DNA of 64,000 bases from Candidatus Nezhaarchaeales archaeon (GTDB taxonomy: Archaea > Thermoproteota > Methanomethylicia > Nezhaarchaeales > WYZ-LMO8): the NCBI GenBank assembly GCA_038887515.1, contig JAWAKK010000002.1, positions 1 through 64,000 on the forward strand, given 5' to 3'. This document shows, piece by piece, positions 21,055 to 29,631 of this stretch. The notes below the pieces were generated by a model. That model had not been told where the DNA came from. It made no database searches and worked only from the letters and a program-made list of their open reading frames with translations. A program made the translations under genes and the position numbers. How positions within the stretch are numbered: position 1 is the stretch's first letter; each line of letters begins with the position of its first letter.

Positions 21055-21503
21055 TGGCTGTAGAGAGGACCCTGATAATAATCAAGCCCGGAGCCGTCGT
21101 AAGGGGGCTTGTAGGGGAAGTCCTCTCGAGACTTGAGAAGAAGGGGTTGAAGATCGTAGGCTTAAAGATGCTGAAGATGTCTAAGAAGAAAGCTGAAGAG
21201 CTATACTCTGTACATAAGGGTAAGCATTTCTATGAAGAGTTGATAAATTACATAACCTCCGCTCCCGTAGTTGTGGGAGTAGTTGAAGGCGACGATGCCA
21301 TTCAAGTAGTTAGAAGAGTTATAGGACCAACGAACCCCAAAGAAGCACCTCCAGGAACTATTAGGGGTGACTACGGAATATCAATAACCCAAAACATAAT
21401 CCACGCCTCAGATAGCATGGAGAGCGCTCAAAGAGAAGTGAAAATATTCTTTAGTGAAGAAGAGCTGTGCAGCTACTCGAGAGCTGACGAAGCCTGGCTC
21501 TAA
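21054..21503 (+). CDS. ndk: Nucleoside diphosphate kinase
   Basis: [24 protein letters not shown]. Confidence 0.96.
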   Translation: MAVERTLIIIKPGAVVRGLVGEVLSRLEKKGLKIVGLKMLKMSKKKAEELYSVHKGKHFYEELINYITSAPVVVGVVEGDDAIQVVRRVIGPTNPKEAPPGTIRGDYGISITQNIIHASDSMESAQREVKIFFSEEELCSYSRADEAWL

Positions 21504-21586
21504 CGTAAATCACTTTCAATCGACAGATTAAAGAGGTCCTCCCTCAGCTTTTCACCTATCTGGTTTATCTGAGGGAGGTGTTATAG

Positions 21587-23409
21587 GTGAGTATTACCTT
21601 AGAAAGTAAAAGGGTTAGATCGCCTATTCTATGCGTGCTAGGACACGTAGACGTTGGTAAAACGCTCCTGTTGGATAAGATAAGAGGGACTGCAACAATG
21701 TTTAGGGAAGTTGGGGCCATGATGTAGCGCCTCGAGGCGCTACGTGGCAAACCCAACATATTGGTGCGTCCTTCTTACCCTGGTCTGCCTTAGAGAAGAT
21801 TTGTGGTCCATTACTTAGGAGCGTAAAGGTCGAGATCAAGATACCTGGATTCTTGGTTATAGATACTCCAGGTCACGAGGTTTTCGTTAACTTGAGAAAG
21901 AGGGGAGGCTCCATAGCAGATATGGCTATCCTAGTCATAGACGTTCTTGAAGGGTTTGAGGAGATAACGTATGAGTGTTTAGAGATATTAAAGGCTAGGA
22001 GAACCCCGTTTGTAGTCGCTGCAAATAAGATAGATAAGATATCTGGGTGGGTCGAGAACGAGTTTAAACCGTTTACTGAAACAATAAAGCAACAGCCACT
22101 ACAGGTACAGAAGAGGCTCGACGAGCTCATATACGCTATCGTGGCTAAGTTTGAAGAGCTTGGTTTTCAGGCAGATAGATATGACCGGATAAGAGATTTC
22201 ACCAAGACTGTTGCTATAATACCTACTAGCGCTAAGACTGGGGAAGGGATACCTGACTTACTACTAGTCCTAGCAGGCTTATCTCAGAGGTATATGTTGA
22301 AGAGGCTTTTCGTTAAAGAAGATGTAGCTAAGGGAGTTGTGTTAGAGTGTAGGGAAATGCCTGGCCTAGGCACAGTAGCCGACGTTATAATTTACGACGG
22401 CATACTAAGGAAGGATGACGTCATTGTGCTTGGTGGGCTCAAGGGGCCCATTGCGACTAAAATTAGGAACATTCTAATGCCTAAACCTATGGATGAAATG
22501 AGGGACCCGGAAGACAAGTTTAAGAGCGTTGATGAGGTCGTAGCCGCCGCTGGCATTAGAATTGTGGCTCAAGGCCTTGACGAAGCCGTAGCCGGTAGCC
22601 CACTGTTTTCAGCCAAAAGCCAGGCTGACGTGGACGCCGCCGTAAAGCAAGTCTTAGAGGAGATATCGAAGATAAGAATAACTACGGATACGATAGGGGT
22701 CGTCGTTAAAGCGGACACTCTAGGTTCCCTCGAGGCTCTGACCTTAAAGTTGCAGGAGCACAACGTCCCCGTGAGGTTAGCCGATGTAGGAAAGATATCG
22801 AAGAGGGACGTTGTAGAGGCTGCGATAACGAAGGAGAGAGATCCTTATCACGGCGTAATCTTAGCTTTCAACGTAGGCGTAAACCCCGACGCTGAACAAG
22901 AGATAGAGAGCAGAGGCATACCAGTCTTTAAGAGCAACGTAATTTATAGGCTCATAGAGGACTACTTGGATTGGGTTAAGAAGAAGATGGAAGAAGAGCG
23001 TAGGCAAACACTGTCCTCTCTCATATTGCCCGGTAAAGCGCAGATATTGAGGGGTTACGTCTTTAGGAGAAGCGACCCAGCAATAGTTGGAGTTGAAGTT
23101 TTGGCTGGAAGACTTAAGCCGGGATATCCTCTGATGAACGCCAAGGGGAGGAAGCTTGGAACGATAATGCAAATACAGGAGCAGAAGAAGAGCTTGAACG
23201 AGGCGGTTGCCGGACACGCGGTTGCAATATCGATTAAAGGGGACGTAATGGTTGGCAGGCAAATAGACGAAGGAGACTACTTGTATGTTGATGTACCCTT
23301 AGAACACATCCGAATACTAAAGGAGAAGTTTTCAAATCAACTATCAAAAGAAGAGCTAGAGTTACTCGACGAGATAGCGAAAATAAAGAAGACGGCTGGA
23401 AGTTATTAA
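21587..23409 (+). CDS. infB: Translation initiation factor aIF5B (IF-2), two exons: join(21587..21721,21751..23409), 597 aa
   Basis: Exon 1 from GTG 21587 (SD GGAGGTG) encodes [25 protein letters not shown]...REVGAM; exon 2 continues [10 protein letters not shown]...IDTPGHE...NKID in another frame. Confidence 0.93.
21722..21750 (+). other. 29-nt BHB-type intron in aIF5B mRNA (predicted)
   Basis: GTTGGG/CCCAAC exon helix, GCCA/TGGC 4-bp central helix, TG^A and AA^A 3-nt bulges, TGTAGCGCC/GGCGCTACG intron stem; removal restores the frame. Confidence 0.9.
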
Positions 23410-23476
23410 TTAATTCAATGACCTCAAAGTTTTTAGCTAAGCCAAAGAGTGAGTTCACGCTAAGGGGTGAAAGAAA

Positions 23477-23845
23477 ACGCCCGAGTTCAAAGTAGTAGTA
23501 TCCGATCCGTTGACTGGTAAGGCTCAGCAGATAACTGTTAGTGGGCCTCAGGCTAACGCGTTGATTGGATTAAGGATAGGTGATGAAATTGACGGCACGC
23601 TCATTGGAATGCCCGGCGTTAGACTCGTGATTAGAGGTGGAAGCGATAGGAGCGGGGCACCAATGAGGCCAGATCTTCCCGGCCCCGTCAAACGAAGGCT
23701 ATTGCTTAGCCAAGGCCCCGGCTTTAGGCCAGAGAGGAAGGGTCTAAGAAAGAGGAAGCTTGTCCGAGGAAATACTATTTCAGAGGACATAGTTCAAATA
23801 AACATGGCCATAAAGCGCGAAGAAAAGGTGGCTGAAAGTGGCTGA
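23477..23845 (+). CDS. rps6e: 30S ribosomal protein S6e, probable ACG start
   Basis: [37 protein letters not shown]; conserved N-terminus lies upstream of the first TTG (23510). Confidence 0.9.
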   Translation, partial: TPEFKVVVSDPLTGKAQQITVSGPQANALIGLRIGDEIDGTLIGMPGVRLVIRGGSDRSGAPMRPDLPGPVKRRLLLSQGPGFRPERKGLRKRKLVRGNTISEDIVQINMAIKREEKVAESG

Positions 23846-25123
23846 AGACTGGGTAAAGAGACAGGCCGAACTAAATATCGGTACGACGGGCCACGTGGAT
23901 CACGGCAAGACTACCCTTACTTGGGCACTCTCAGGCGTTTGGGCTTCAAAGCACTCTGAAGAGCTTAGGCGAGGGATAACACTTAGGCTCGGTTATGCGG
24001 ACACCACTGTCCTGAAGTGTCCTAAGTGTCCGCCACCTCAGTGTTATACTACCTACGCGCTATCTGGGACGAGATGCAAGCACTGTGGATCTGACCTCGA
24101 GTTCGTGAGAAAGTATTCCTTCGTAGACTGTCCTGGACACGAGATTGCACGCCCATAATGGGCGTGCAACGTGATATGTTAATGGCTACGATGCTTGCTG
24201 GAGCAACGCTATTTGACGGCGCCATACTCGTGATCGATGCTACAGTTCCATGTCCTCAACCCCAGACGCGGGAGCACTTGAAGGCACTTGAAGTGCTGGG
24301 AGTAAAGAACGTCGTGGTAGTGCAGAATAAGATTGAAGTAGTCTCAAAGGAAAAGGTCGTCGAGAACTATCGCCAGATAAAGGAGTTTTTAAAAGATACA
24401 GCGCTACGTGATGCGCCTATAGTCCCGATATCGGCACTCCATAGAGCAAACCTTGATGTCTTAATAGAGACCATCGAGAAGACCATTCCTACTCCAAAGA
24501 GAGATACATCCAAGCCTCTAAGAGCATTGATAGCCAGGTCATTCGACATAAATAAGCCTGGAACCCCTCCGGAGGAACTAAAGGGCGGGGTCTTAGGAGG
24601 ATCTATAATTCAAGGGATTGCAAGGGTTAGCGACGAGATAGAGATAAGGCCTGGAATTAGGATTGAGAAGGGCGGGAAAGTAGAGTACGAGCCCCTATTC
24701 ACTGAGTTAGTGAGCTTAAAAGCTGGAGACGTAGACGTAGAGGAAGCTAGACCTGGAGGTCTAATAGGGTTTGGCACTAGCCTCGATCCTTCAATAACGA
24801 AGGCTGACTCGCTTGCTGGCAGCGTTATAGGTAAGCCGGGCACATTGCCTCCAACACTTTTCGAATTAAGTTTGGAAGTTGTTCTATTTGAAAAGGCCGT
24901 TGGGACTGTCGAGATGGTGAAGGTTGAAAGCATAAAGCCCAACGAGGTTTTAATGATAAACGTCGGAACAGCTACGACCCTAGGGACTGTGACTAAGTCT
25001 TCAAAGGATATCGTATCATTGAAGTTACGAAGACCCGTCTGCGCTGAAGCTGGAACTAGAGTAGCTGTGAGCCGACAAATAGCTAGTAGGTTTAGGCTAA
25101 TAGGGTACGGAGTTATAAGGTGA
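23838..25123 (+). CDS. eif2g: Translation initiation factor aIF2 gamma, two exons: join(23838..24143,24176..25123), 417 aa
   Basis: Exon 1: [29 protein letters not shown], Zn knuckle, SFVDCPGHE; exon 2: [34 protein letters not shown]. Confidence 0.93.
24144..24175 (+). other. 32-nt BHB-like (relaxed exon helix) intron in aIF2gamma mRNA (predicted)
   Basis: CACG/CGTG central helix, AG^A and AT^A bulges, TTGCACGCCCA/TGGGCGTGCAA intron stem; removal gives DCPGHE-MLMATML. Confidence 0.85.
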
Positions 25124-25141
25124 TTATGGAGGGGCTTAGAT

Positions 25142-25537
25142 ATAGTTAAGGTACTTTTCGACACGAACTTCTTGATGGCGATGTTCGAGAGACCCGTAGA
25201 TGTGGTCAAGAGAGTTGAGGAGGTGCTCGAAGTAAGTGTTGAGCCTGTAATCTTAAAGTCGCAGATCCGCGAACTTGAGAATATCGCTAACTCCGATAAG
25301 AGGCTGAAGGCTTCGAGGACGGCTCGTGCGGTCCTACAGTGCATTAAAGACAGGTTTAGCGTAGTTGAGGATTTTGGAGGAGTCGTCGACGACGTCCTGC
25401 TCGAAGTCTCTAGACGTGAGGGTTACATCGTAGCAACGAACGATAGAGAGCTTCGACGGAAGCTTCGGAGCAACGGTATAAGCGTCATATACTTGAGGAG
25501 TGATGGGAAAGTAGAAATTGAAGGTTTTCAACCTTAG
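25142..25537 (+). CDS. PIN-domain protein (Utp24/Fcf1-like) usually found after aIF2gamma, probable ATA start
   Basis: VKVLFDTNFL...ELE...VDD...VATNDRELR; the catalytic DTN motif lies upstream of the first canonical start (25172). Confidence 0.85.
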   Translation: MVKVLFDTNFLMAMFERPVDVVKRVEEVLEVSVEPVILKSQIRELENIANSDKRLKASRTARAVLQCIKDRFSVVEDFGGVVDDVLLEVSRREGYIVATNDRELRRKLRSNGISVIYLRSDGKVEIEGFQP

Positions 25538-25621
25538 CAAGCTACAGAAAGTTTAATACAAAAAGCTTGAGGTTTCTAAACTTACGCAATACTCCAAGTT
25601 TAAGCTCACGGTGAAGAATCC

Positions 25622-26200
25622 ATGTACTACTTAGTCACCATGTCAGATGAAGTTAGGATTCCACCAAGTAGGTTTAACGAGAAGCTCGAAAACGTTGCTT
25701 TTGATAGTTTGAAGTCCATGTATGAAGGAATAGTCATAAAGGGCGTTGGATTGGTAGTCGCAATACTTGGAGTAAAGGTTTCCCCCGTTGGTAGGATATT
25801 GCCGGGCGACGGCGCAACATATCACAAGGTTAAGTTTGACGCTCTCGTCTACCTACCGGTTGAAGGGGAAGTGGTTGAAGGGGAAGTAGTAGATATAGTA
25901 GACTTTGGAGCGTTCATCAGGATAGGGCCCATAGATGGGCTTGTACACGTCTCGCAGGTAGCCGATGATTTTATATCATTCGATAAGAAGAAGGGAGAAC
26001 TTTTGTGTAAGCAGACGAGGAGGAAACTGTCTAAAGGAGATGTTGTAAGAGCTAGGATTGTAACCATTAGCGTAAGTGGTATGAGATTAAATGAAGTCAA
26101 GGTAGGCCTAACCATGAGGCAGCCATTCCTAGGAAAGATAGAGTGGATAAACGAAGACCTCAAGAAGGAGAAGGCTCCAACTAGGGTGAAGGAGAAGTGA
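25622..26200 (+). CDS. rpoE1: RNA polymerase subunit E' (Rpo7)
   Basis: VRIPP, GDGATY, FGAFIRIGPIDGLVHVSQ, LTMRQPFLGK. Confidence 0.96.
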   Translation: MYYLVTMSDEVRIPPSRFNEKLENVAFDSLKSMYEGIVIKGVGLVVAILGVKVSPVGRILPGDGATYHKVKFDALVYLPVEGEVVEGEVVDIVDFGAFIRIGPIDGLVHVSQVADDFISFDKKKGELLCKQTRRKLSKGDVVRARIVTISVSGMRLNEVKVGLTMRQPFLGKIEWINEDLKKEKAPTRVKEK

Positions 26201-26406
26201 GTAAGAGGGCTTCTGCGAGGTTTAAGTGCTGCTTAAGGTGTAAATCCCTTCTCCCAAGTCAAGCCAATGTATGCCCTAATTGTAAGTCTAGCGAATTTAG
26301 TTTCGATTGGAGCGGCTTGGTCATAGTATTCGACACTGAAAACTCCCTTATAGCAAGCGCTCTGAAGATAACGAAGCCCGGCAGGTACGCTATTAAGTGC
26401 AGGTAA
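26197..26406 (+). CDS. spt4: Transcription elongation factor Spt4 (RpoE'')
   Basis: CxxC...CPNC, WSGLVIV, PGRYAIK. Confidence 0.93.
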   Translation: MSKRASARFKCCLRCKSLLPSQANVCPNCKSSEFSFDWSGLVIVFDTENSLIASALKITKPGRYAIKCR

Positions 26407-26412
26407 GGAGTC

Positions 26413-26955
26413 TTGAGGCTGAAGGCGTATAAGGTAGACGAAAACATTCGAAGAGAGCTTAGCAAGCCTTGGGGCCAAGTCATTACCAACGAGGAAATAG
26501 CGGCTGGAGAACTCGAGAAGAATCTAGAGAGGATGGAGGCACGCATAATATTGACCGTAGGGGACGTAACCACCAATACATTTCTCGAAAGGGGGATAAA
26601 GCCCAAGGTAGCTATCGTGGACTCGAAGACCTTACGGGGACCTTATCATGTCGACCTAACGAGTAAAATGGAAGTGGTCGCCGAGGTCATAAACCCGCCA
26701 GGGCACGTAGCCGTCAAGGCTATAGAAGTCATAAGTAGGGTGATCGAAAGAGGGGGGCTAGTCGTAGTGAAGGGTGAAGAGGACCTGCTCGTCATTCCAT
26801 CGATACTCGCGCTACCCGAGGGAGCCGTAGTAGCATACGGTCAGCCGAATGTAGGAGTAGTACTAATAAAGGTGGACAAAGATAAGAAGGAGAAGGTTAA
26901 AGAGGTATTAAGGTCTATGAGGGAGGTAGAGGTCGATGACTCAATACCAAGTTAA
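26413..26955 (+). CDS. GTP-dependent dephospho-CoA kinase (DUF359)
   Basis: TVGDVTT, NPPG, GEEDLL, YGQP. Confidence 0.9.
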   Translation: MRLKAYKVDENIRRELSKPWGQVITNEEIAAGELEKNLERMEARIILTVGDVTTNTFLERGIKPKVAIVDSKTLRGPYHVDLTSKMEVVAEVINPPGHVAVKAIEVISRVIERGGLVVVKGEEDLLVIPSILALPEGAVVAYGQPNVGVVLIKVDKDKKEKVKEVLRSMREVEVDDSIPS

Positions 26956-27247
26956 GGTCTTAAGAGACGTAGAGAACAAGGTCCTAAACAGGAGGGAGCT
27001 CCTACTACAAATAGATCATACCAGCGCTAGGACCCCCACAAGAAGTGAGGTTAGAGAGGTCGTCTCCTCAATGTTCGGCGCTCCACAGAACCTAATCGTG
27101 ATCAAGAGCATAAGGACGGTATCTGGGACGAACGTTACTAAAGCCCACGTGCACATATACGGGGACGAGAAGGCGCTGGAGGAAGTAGAACCGAAGTACA
27201 TGAAACTCAGGAACTTTGGAAAGAAAGAGGAAAAGAGCGGCACATGA
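26936..27247 (+). CDS. rps24e: 30S ribosomal protein S24e
   Basis: NKVLNRREL, TPTRSEV, VEPKY. Confidence 0.93.
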   Translation: MTQYQVKVLRDVENKVLNRRELLLQIDHTSARTPTRSEVREVVSSMFGAPQNLIVIKSIRTVSGTNVTKAHVHIYGDEKALEEVEPKYMKLRNFGKKEEKSGT

Positions 27248-28251
27248 ACGGAGGACGATCGTTGCACAAGACCGTAGTACTGGGCATAGAAGCTACCGCT
27301 CACACCTTTGGTTGCGGAATAGTTGACGCCGACGGTAAAATCTTGGCCAATGTAAACGACACTTACATCCCAGCAAGAGGAGGAATTCATCCAAGGGAGG
27401 GCGCCCAACACCATTCCGACGTTGCCCCACGCGTCATTAAGAAGGCGCTAGCCCAAGCCAACTTAAGCCTTGAGCAGGTGGACGCTATAGCAGTTGCTCT
27501 GGGACCGGGGTTAGGTCCCTGCCTTAGGGTTGGCGCTACGATAGCTAGGGCTTTGGCAGTCGCATATAGGAAGCCTCTCGTTCCAGTTAATCATGCAGTG
27601 GCTCACATAGAGATAGCTAAACTGACCACTGGCTTCAAAGATCCATTAATAGTATTCGTGTCTGGCGGAAACACTATCATAGCGGCGTACTCCGACGGAA
27701 GGTATAGGGTTTTCGGCGAGACCCTCGATATAGCTCTAGGAAACCTGCTAGACACCTTTGCTAGAGAGGCAGGATTACCACACCCTGGCGGACCAAGGAT
27801 AGAAGAGTTAGCGAGGAAAGGGGAGAAGTTGCTTAAGCTACCGTACATAGTTAAAGGGCAGGACGTCTCGTACTCCGGGCTATTAACCGCGGCAACTAGG
27901 CTCCTTAAGGAAGGTCACAGACTTGAGGATTTATGCTATAGCTTGCAGGAGTATGCCTTTGTCATGCTTTCTGAAGTTGCTGAGAGGGCGCTGACCTACA
28001 CCGAAAAGAAGGAACTAGTGTTGACAGGCGGCGTCGCCGCTAATAGCGAGCTTCAGAGGAAGCTAATGATCGTAGCTGAAGAACATAATGCGAAGTTTGG
28101 AGTGGTTCCTAAAGCGCTTTCAGGCGATAACGGCGCTATGATAGCCTGGACAGGCGTTTTAGCCTACACCCATGGGGTCACGGTGGACGTAGAAAGAAGT
28201 TACGTGAAGCCGAGGTGGAGGCTTGATGACGTCGATATACCTTGGGTTTAA
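27244..28251 (+). CDS. kae1: KEOPS t6A synthase Kae1
   Basis: LGIEATAHT, GPGLGP, VNHAVAHIE, VSGG, GETLDIA, DNGAMIA. Confidence 0.96.
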   Translation: MNGGRSLHKTVVLGIEATAHTFGCGIVDADGKILANVNDTYIPARGGIHPREGAQHHSDVAPRVIKKALAQANLSLEQVDAIAVALGPGLGPCLRVGATIARALAVAYRKPLVPVNHAVAHIEIAKLTTGFKDPLIVFVSGGNTIIAAYSDGRYRVFGETLDIALGNLLDTFAREAGLPHPGGPRIEELARKGEKLLKLPYIVKGQDVSYSGLLTAATRLLKEGHRLEDLCYSLQEYAFVMLSEVAERALTYTEKKELVLTGGVAANSELQRKLMIVAEEHNAKFGVVPKALSGDNGAMIAWTGVLAYTHGVTVDVERSYVKPRWRLDDVDIPWV

Positions 28252-28258
28252 TGGGCGA

Positions 28259-28894
28259 ATGATAAGGAAGGGCGCTGAAGCGGAGCTCTACCTGATAGAC
28301 TTTTTGGGCATGCCAGCGGTACTCAAGAAGAGGATCTCGAAGCGCTATAGAGCTAAGGAGCTCGACGAGTACATTAGGAGGCTGAGGACGGCCCACGAAG
28401 TTACAATGATGTTCCACGCTAGAGTTTGCGGCGTCCCGGTTCCGGCTATATTTGACGTCGACCCGAACGAGGGCGTCATAATAATGGAGTATATTCCAGG
28501 GCCCACGCTTAAAGAGATGACGTTAAGGGGGCTTGACGTGGCTCCAATTTTTAGGCTCATAGGCTTCTACGTTGGTAGAATGCATGTTAACAACATAGTT
28601 CACGGGGACTTAACCCCAGCCAACGTAGTCGTACCGGAGTTGGAGAAGCCTTTCTTCGTGGACTTCGGGCTTGCAGATAGAACTGGAGAGCTTGAGGCTT
28701 TAGGGACCGATATACACTTAATGATTAGAGCTCTCGAGAGTACCCATTACAATAAGGTTAGAGAGCTCTTCGAAGCCTTCTTAAGTGGCTACAGGGAGGT
28801 CATGGGGGCTAAGACTAATGACGTGATGAAGAAAGTTAGAGAAATTAGGAGGAGGGGAAGGTATGTCGAGGAGAGGAGGATTAAGGCTCATTGA
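28259..28894 (+). CDS. bud32: KEOPS kinase Bud32
   Basis: KGAEA, IVHGDLT..N, DFGL, RRRGRY; ATG at 28259 preferred. Confidence 0.93.
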   Translation: MIRKGAEAELYLIDFLGMPAVLKKRISKRYRAKELDEYIRRLRTAHEVTMMFHARVCGVPVPAIFDVDPNEGVIIMEYIPGPTLKEMTLRGLDVAPIFRLIGFYVGRMHVNNIVHGDLTPANVVVPELEKPFFVDFGLADRTGELEALGTDIHLMIRALESTHYNKVRELFEAFLSGYREVMGAKTNDVMKKVREIRRRGRYVEERRIKAH

Positions 28895-29630
28895 CGTTCA
28901 CTGCCACCTACACGACGAGGCTTTCGACGGTGATAGAGATAACGTCATAAAGAGAGCCTTGGATAACGGCGTTGAAGTCATGGTAACTTCGACTCTAAGC
29001 CTTCATGAGCTTAAAAAGGCTTTTGAAATAGCTAGGAGGCATGAGTATGTTAAGGTGTCGGCAGGTTTCAACCCTTTAAACACTTCGATGACTGAAGCAG
29101 AAGAGTTAGCGCGTGAAGTAAAGAGGGTTAGAAATTCGATACTAGCTATAGGAGAGGTTGGTTTAGACTTCTTCTTCATGAAGGGGGAAGATCGAGACGC
29201 GCAGGTTAAGGTCTTTAGGTTCTGGATTAGCGTTGCTTCAGAGCTAAAGTTGCCGATAGTGGTTCACTCTAGGAGCGCTGGAAGGTACGCCATAGAGTTA
29301 TTGATTGAGGAGGATTATGATAGGGTTTTAATGCATGCTTTCGATGGTAGTAGTGGATGGGCGTTGAAGGGGGTCTCGAAAGGTTTCCTCTTTTCCATCC
29401 CTCCATCAATCGTAAGGTCGCGACAGAAGATTAAGCTTGTAAGATCCATTCCGTTAGATTTCCTAGCTGTCGAGAGCGATGCACCTGTCCTCGGCCCAAC
29501 GCCTACGGAAAGAAATGAACCTTTAAATATCGTCGTAGGGGCAACTAAGATTGCCGAAGTCAAGAAGATTGATTTAGCTGAAGCATGTGAAGCTTTGTAT
29601 TCAAACTCAAAGAGTTTCTTCAAACTTTAA
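28863..29630 (+). CDS. TatD family hydrolase
   Basis: DVHCHL, IGEVGLD, VHSR, ESDAP. Confidence 0.9.
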   Translation: MSRRGGLRLIDVHCHLHDEAFDGDRDNVIKRALDNGVEVMVTSTLSLHELKKAFEIARRHEYVKVSAGFNPLNTSMTEAEELAREVKRVRNSILAIGEVGLDFFFMKGEDRDAQVKVFRFWISVASELKLPIVVHSRSAGRYAIELLIEEDYDRVLMHAFDGSSGWALKGVSKGFLFSIPPSIVRSRQKIKLVRSIPLDFLAVESDAPVLGPTPTERNEPLNIVVGATKIAEVKKIDLAEACEALYSNSKSFFKL

Positions 29631-29631
29631 G

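Noticed and set aside
23828-23846. Tandem GTGGCTGAA repeat at the rps6e/aIF2gamma overlap
   Set aside because: Only two 9-nt copies, explainable as a small duplication around the start/stop overlap
21587-25123. Reading aIF5B and aIF2gamma as pseudogenes, inteins or simple sequencing frameshifts
   Set aside because: Both genes are otherwise intact. The breaks are 29- and 32-nt structured insertions whose BHB cut sites restore the conserved motifs exactly. Inteins would be long and in frame.
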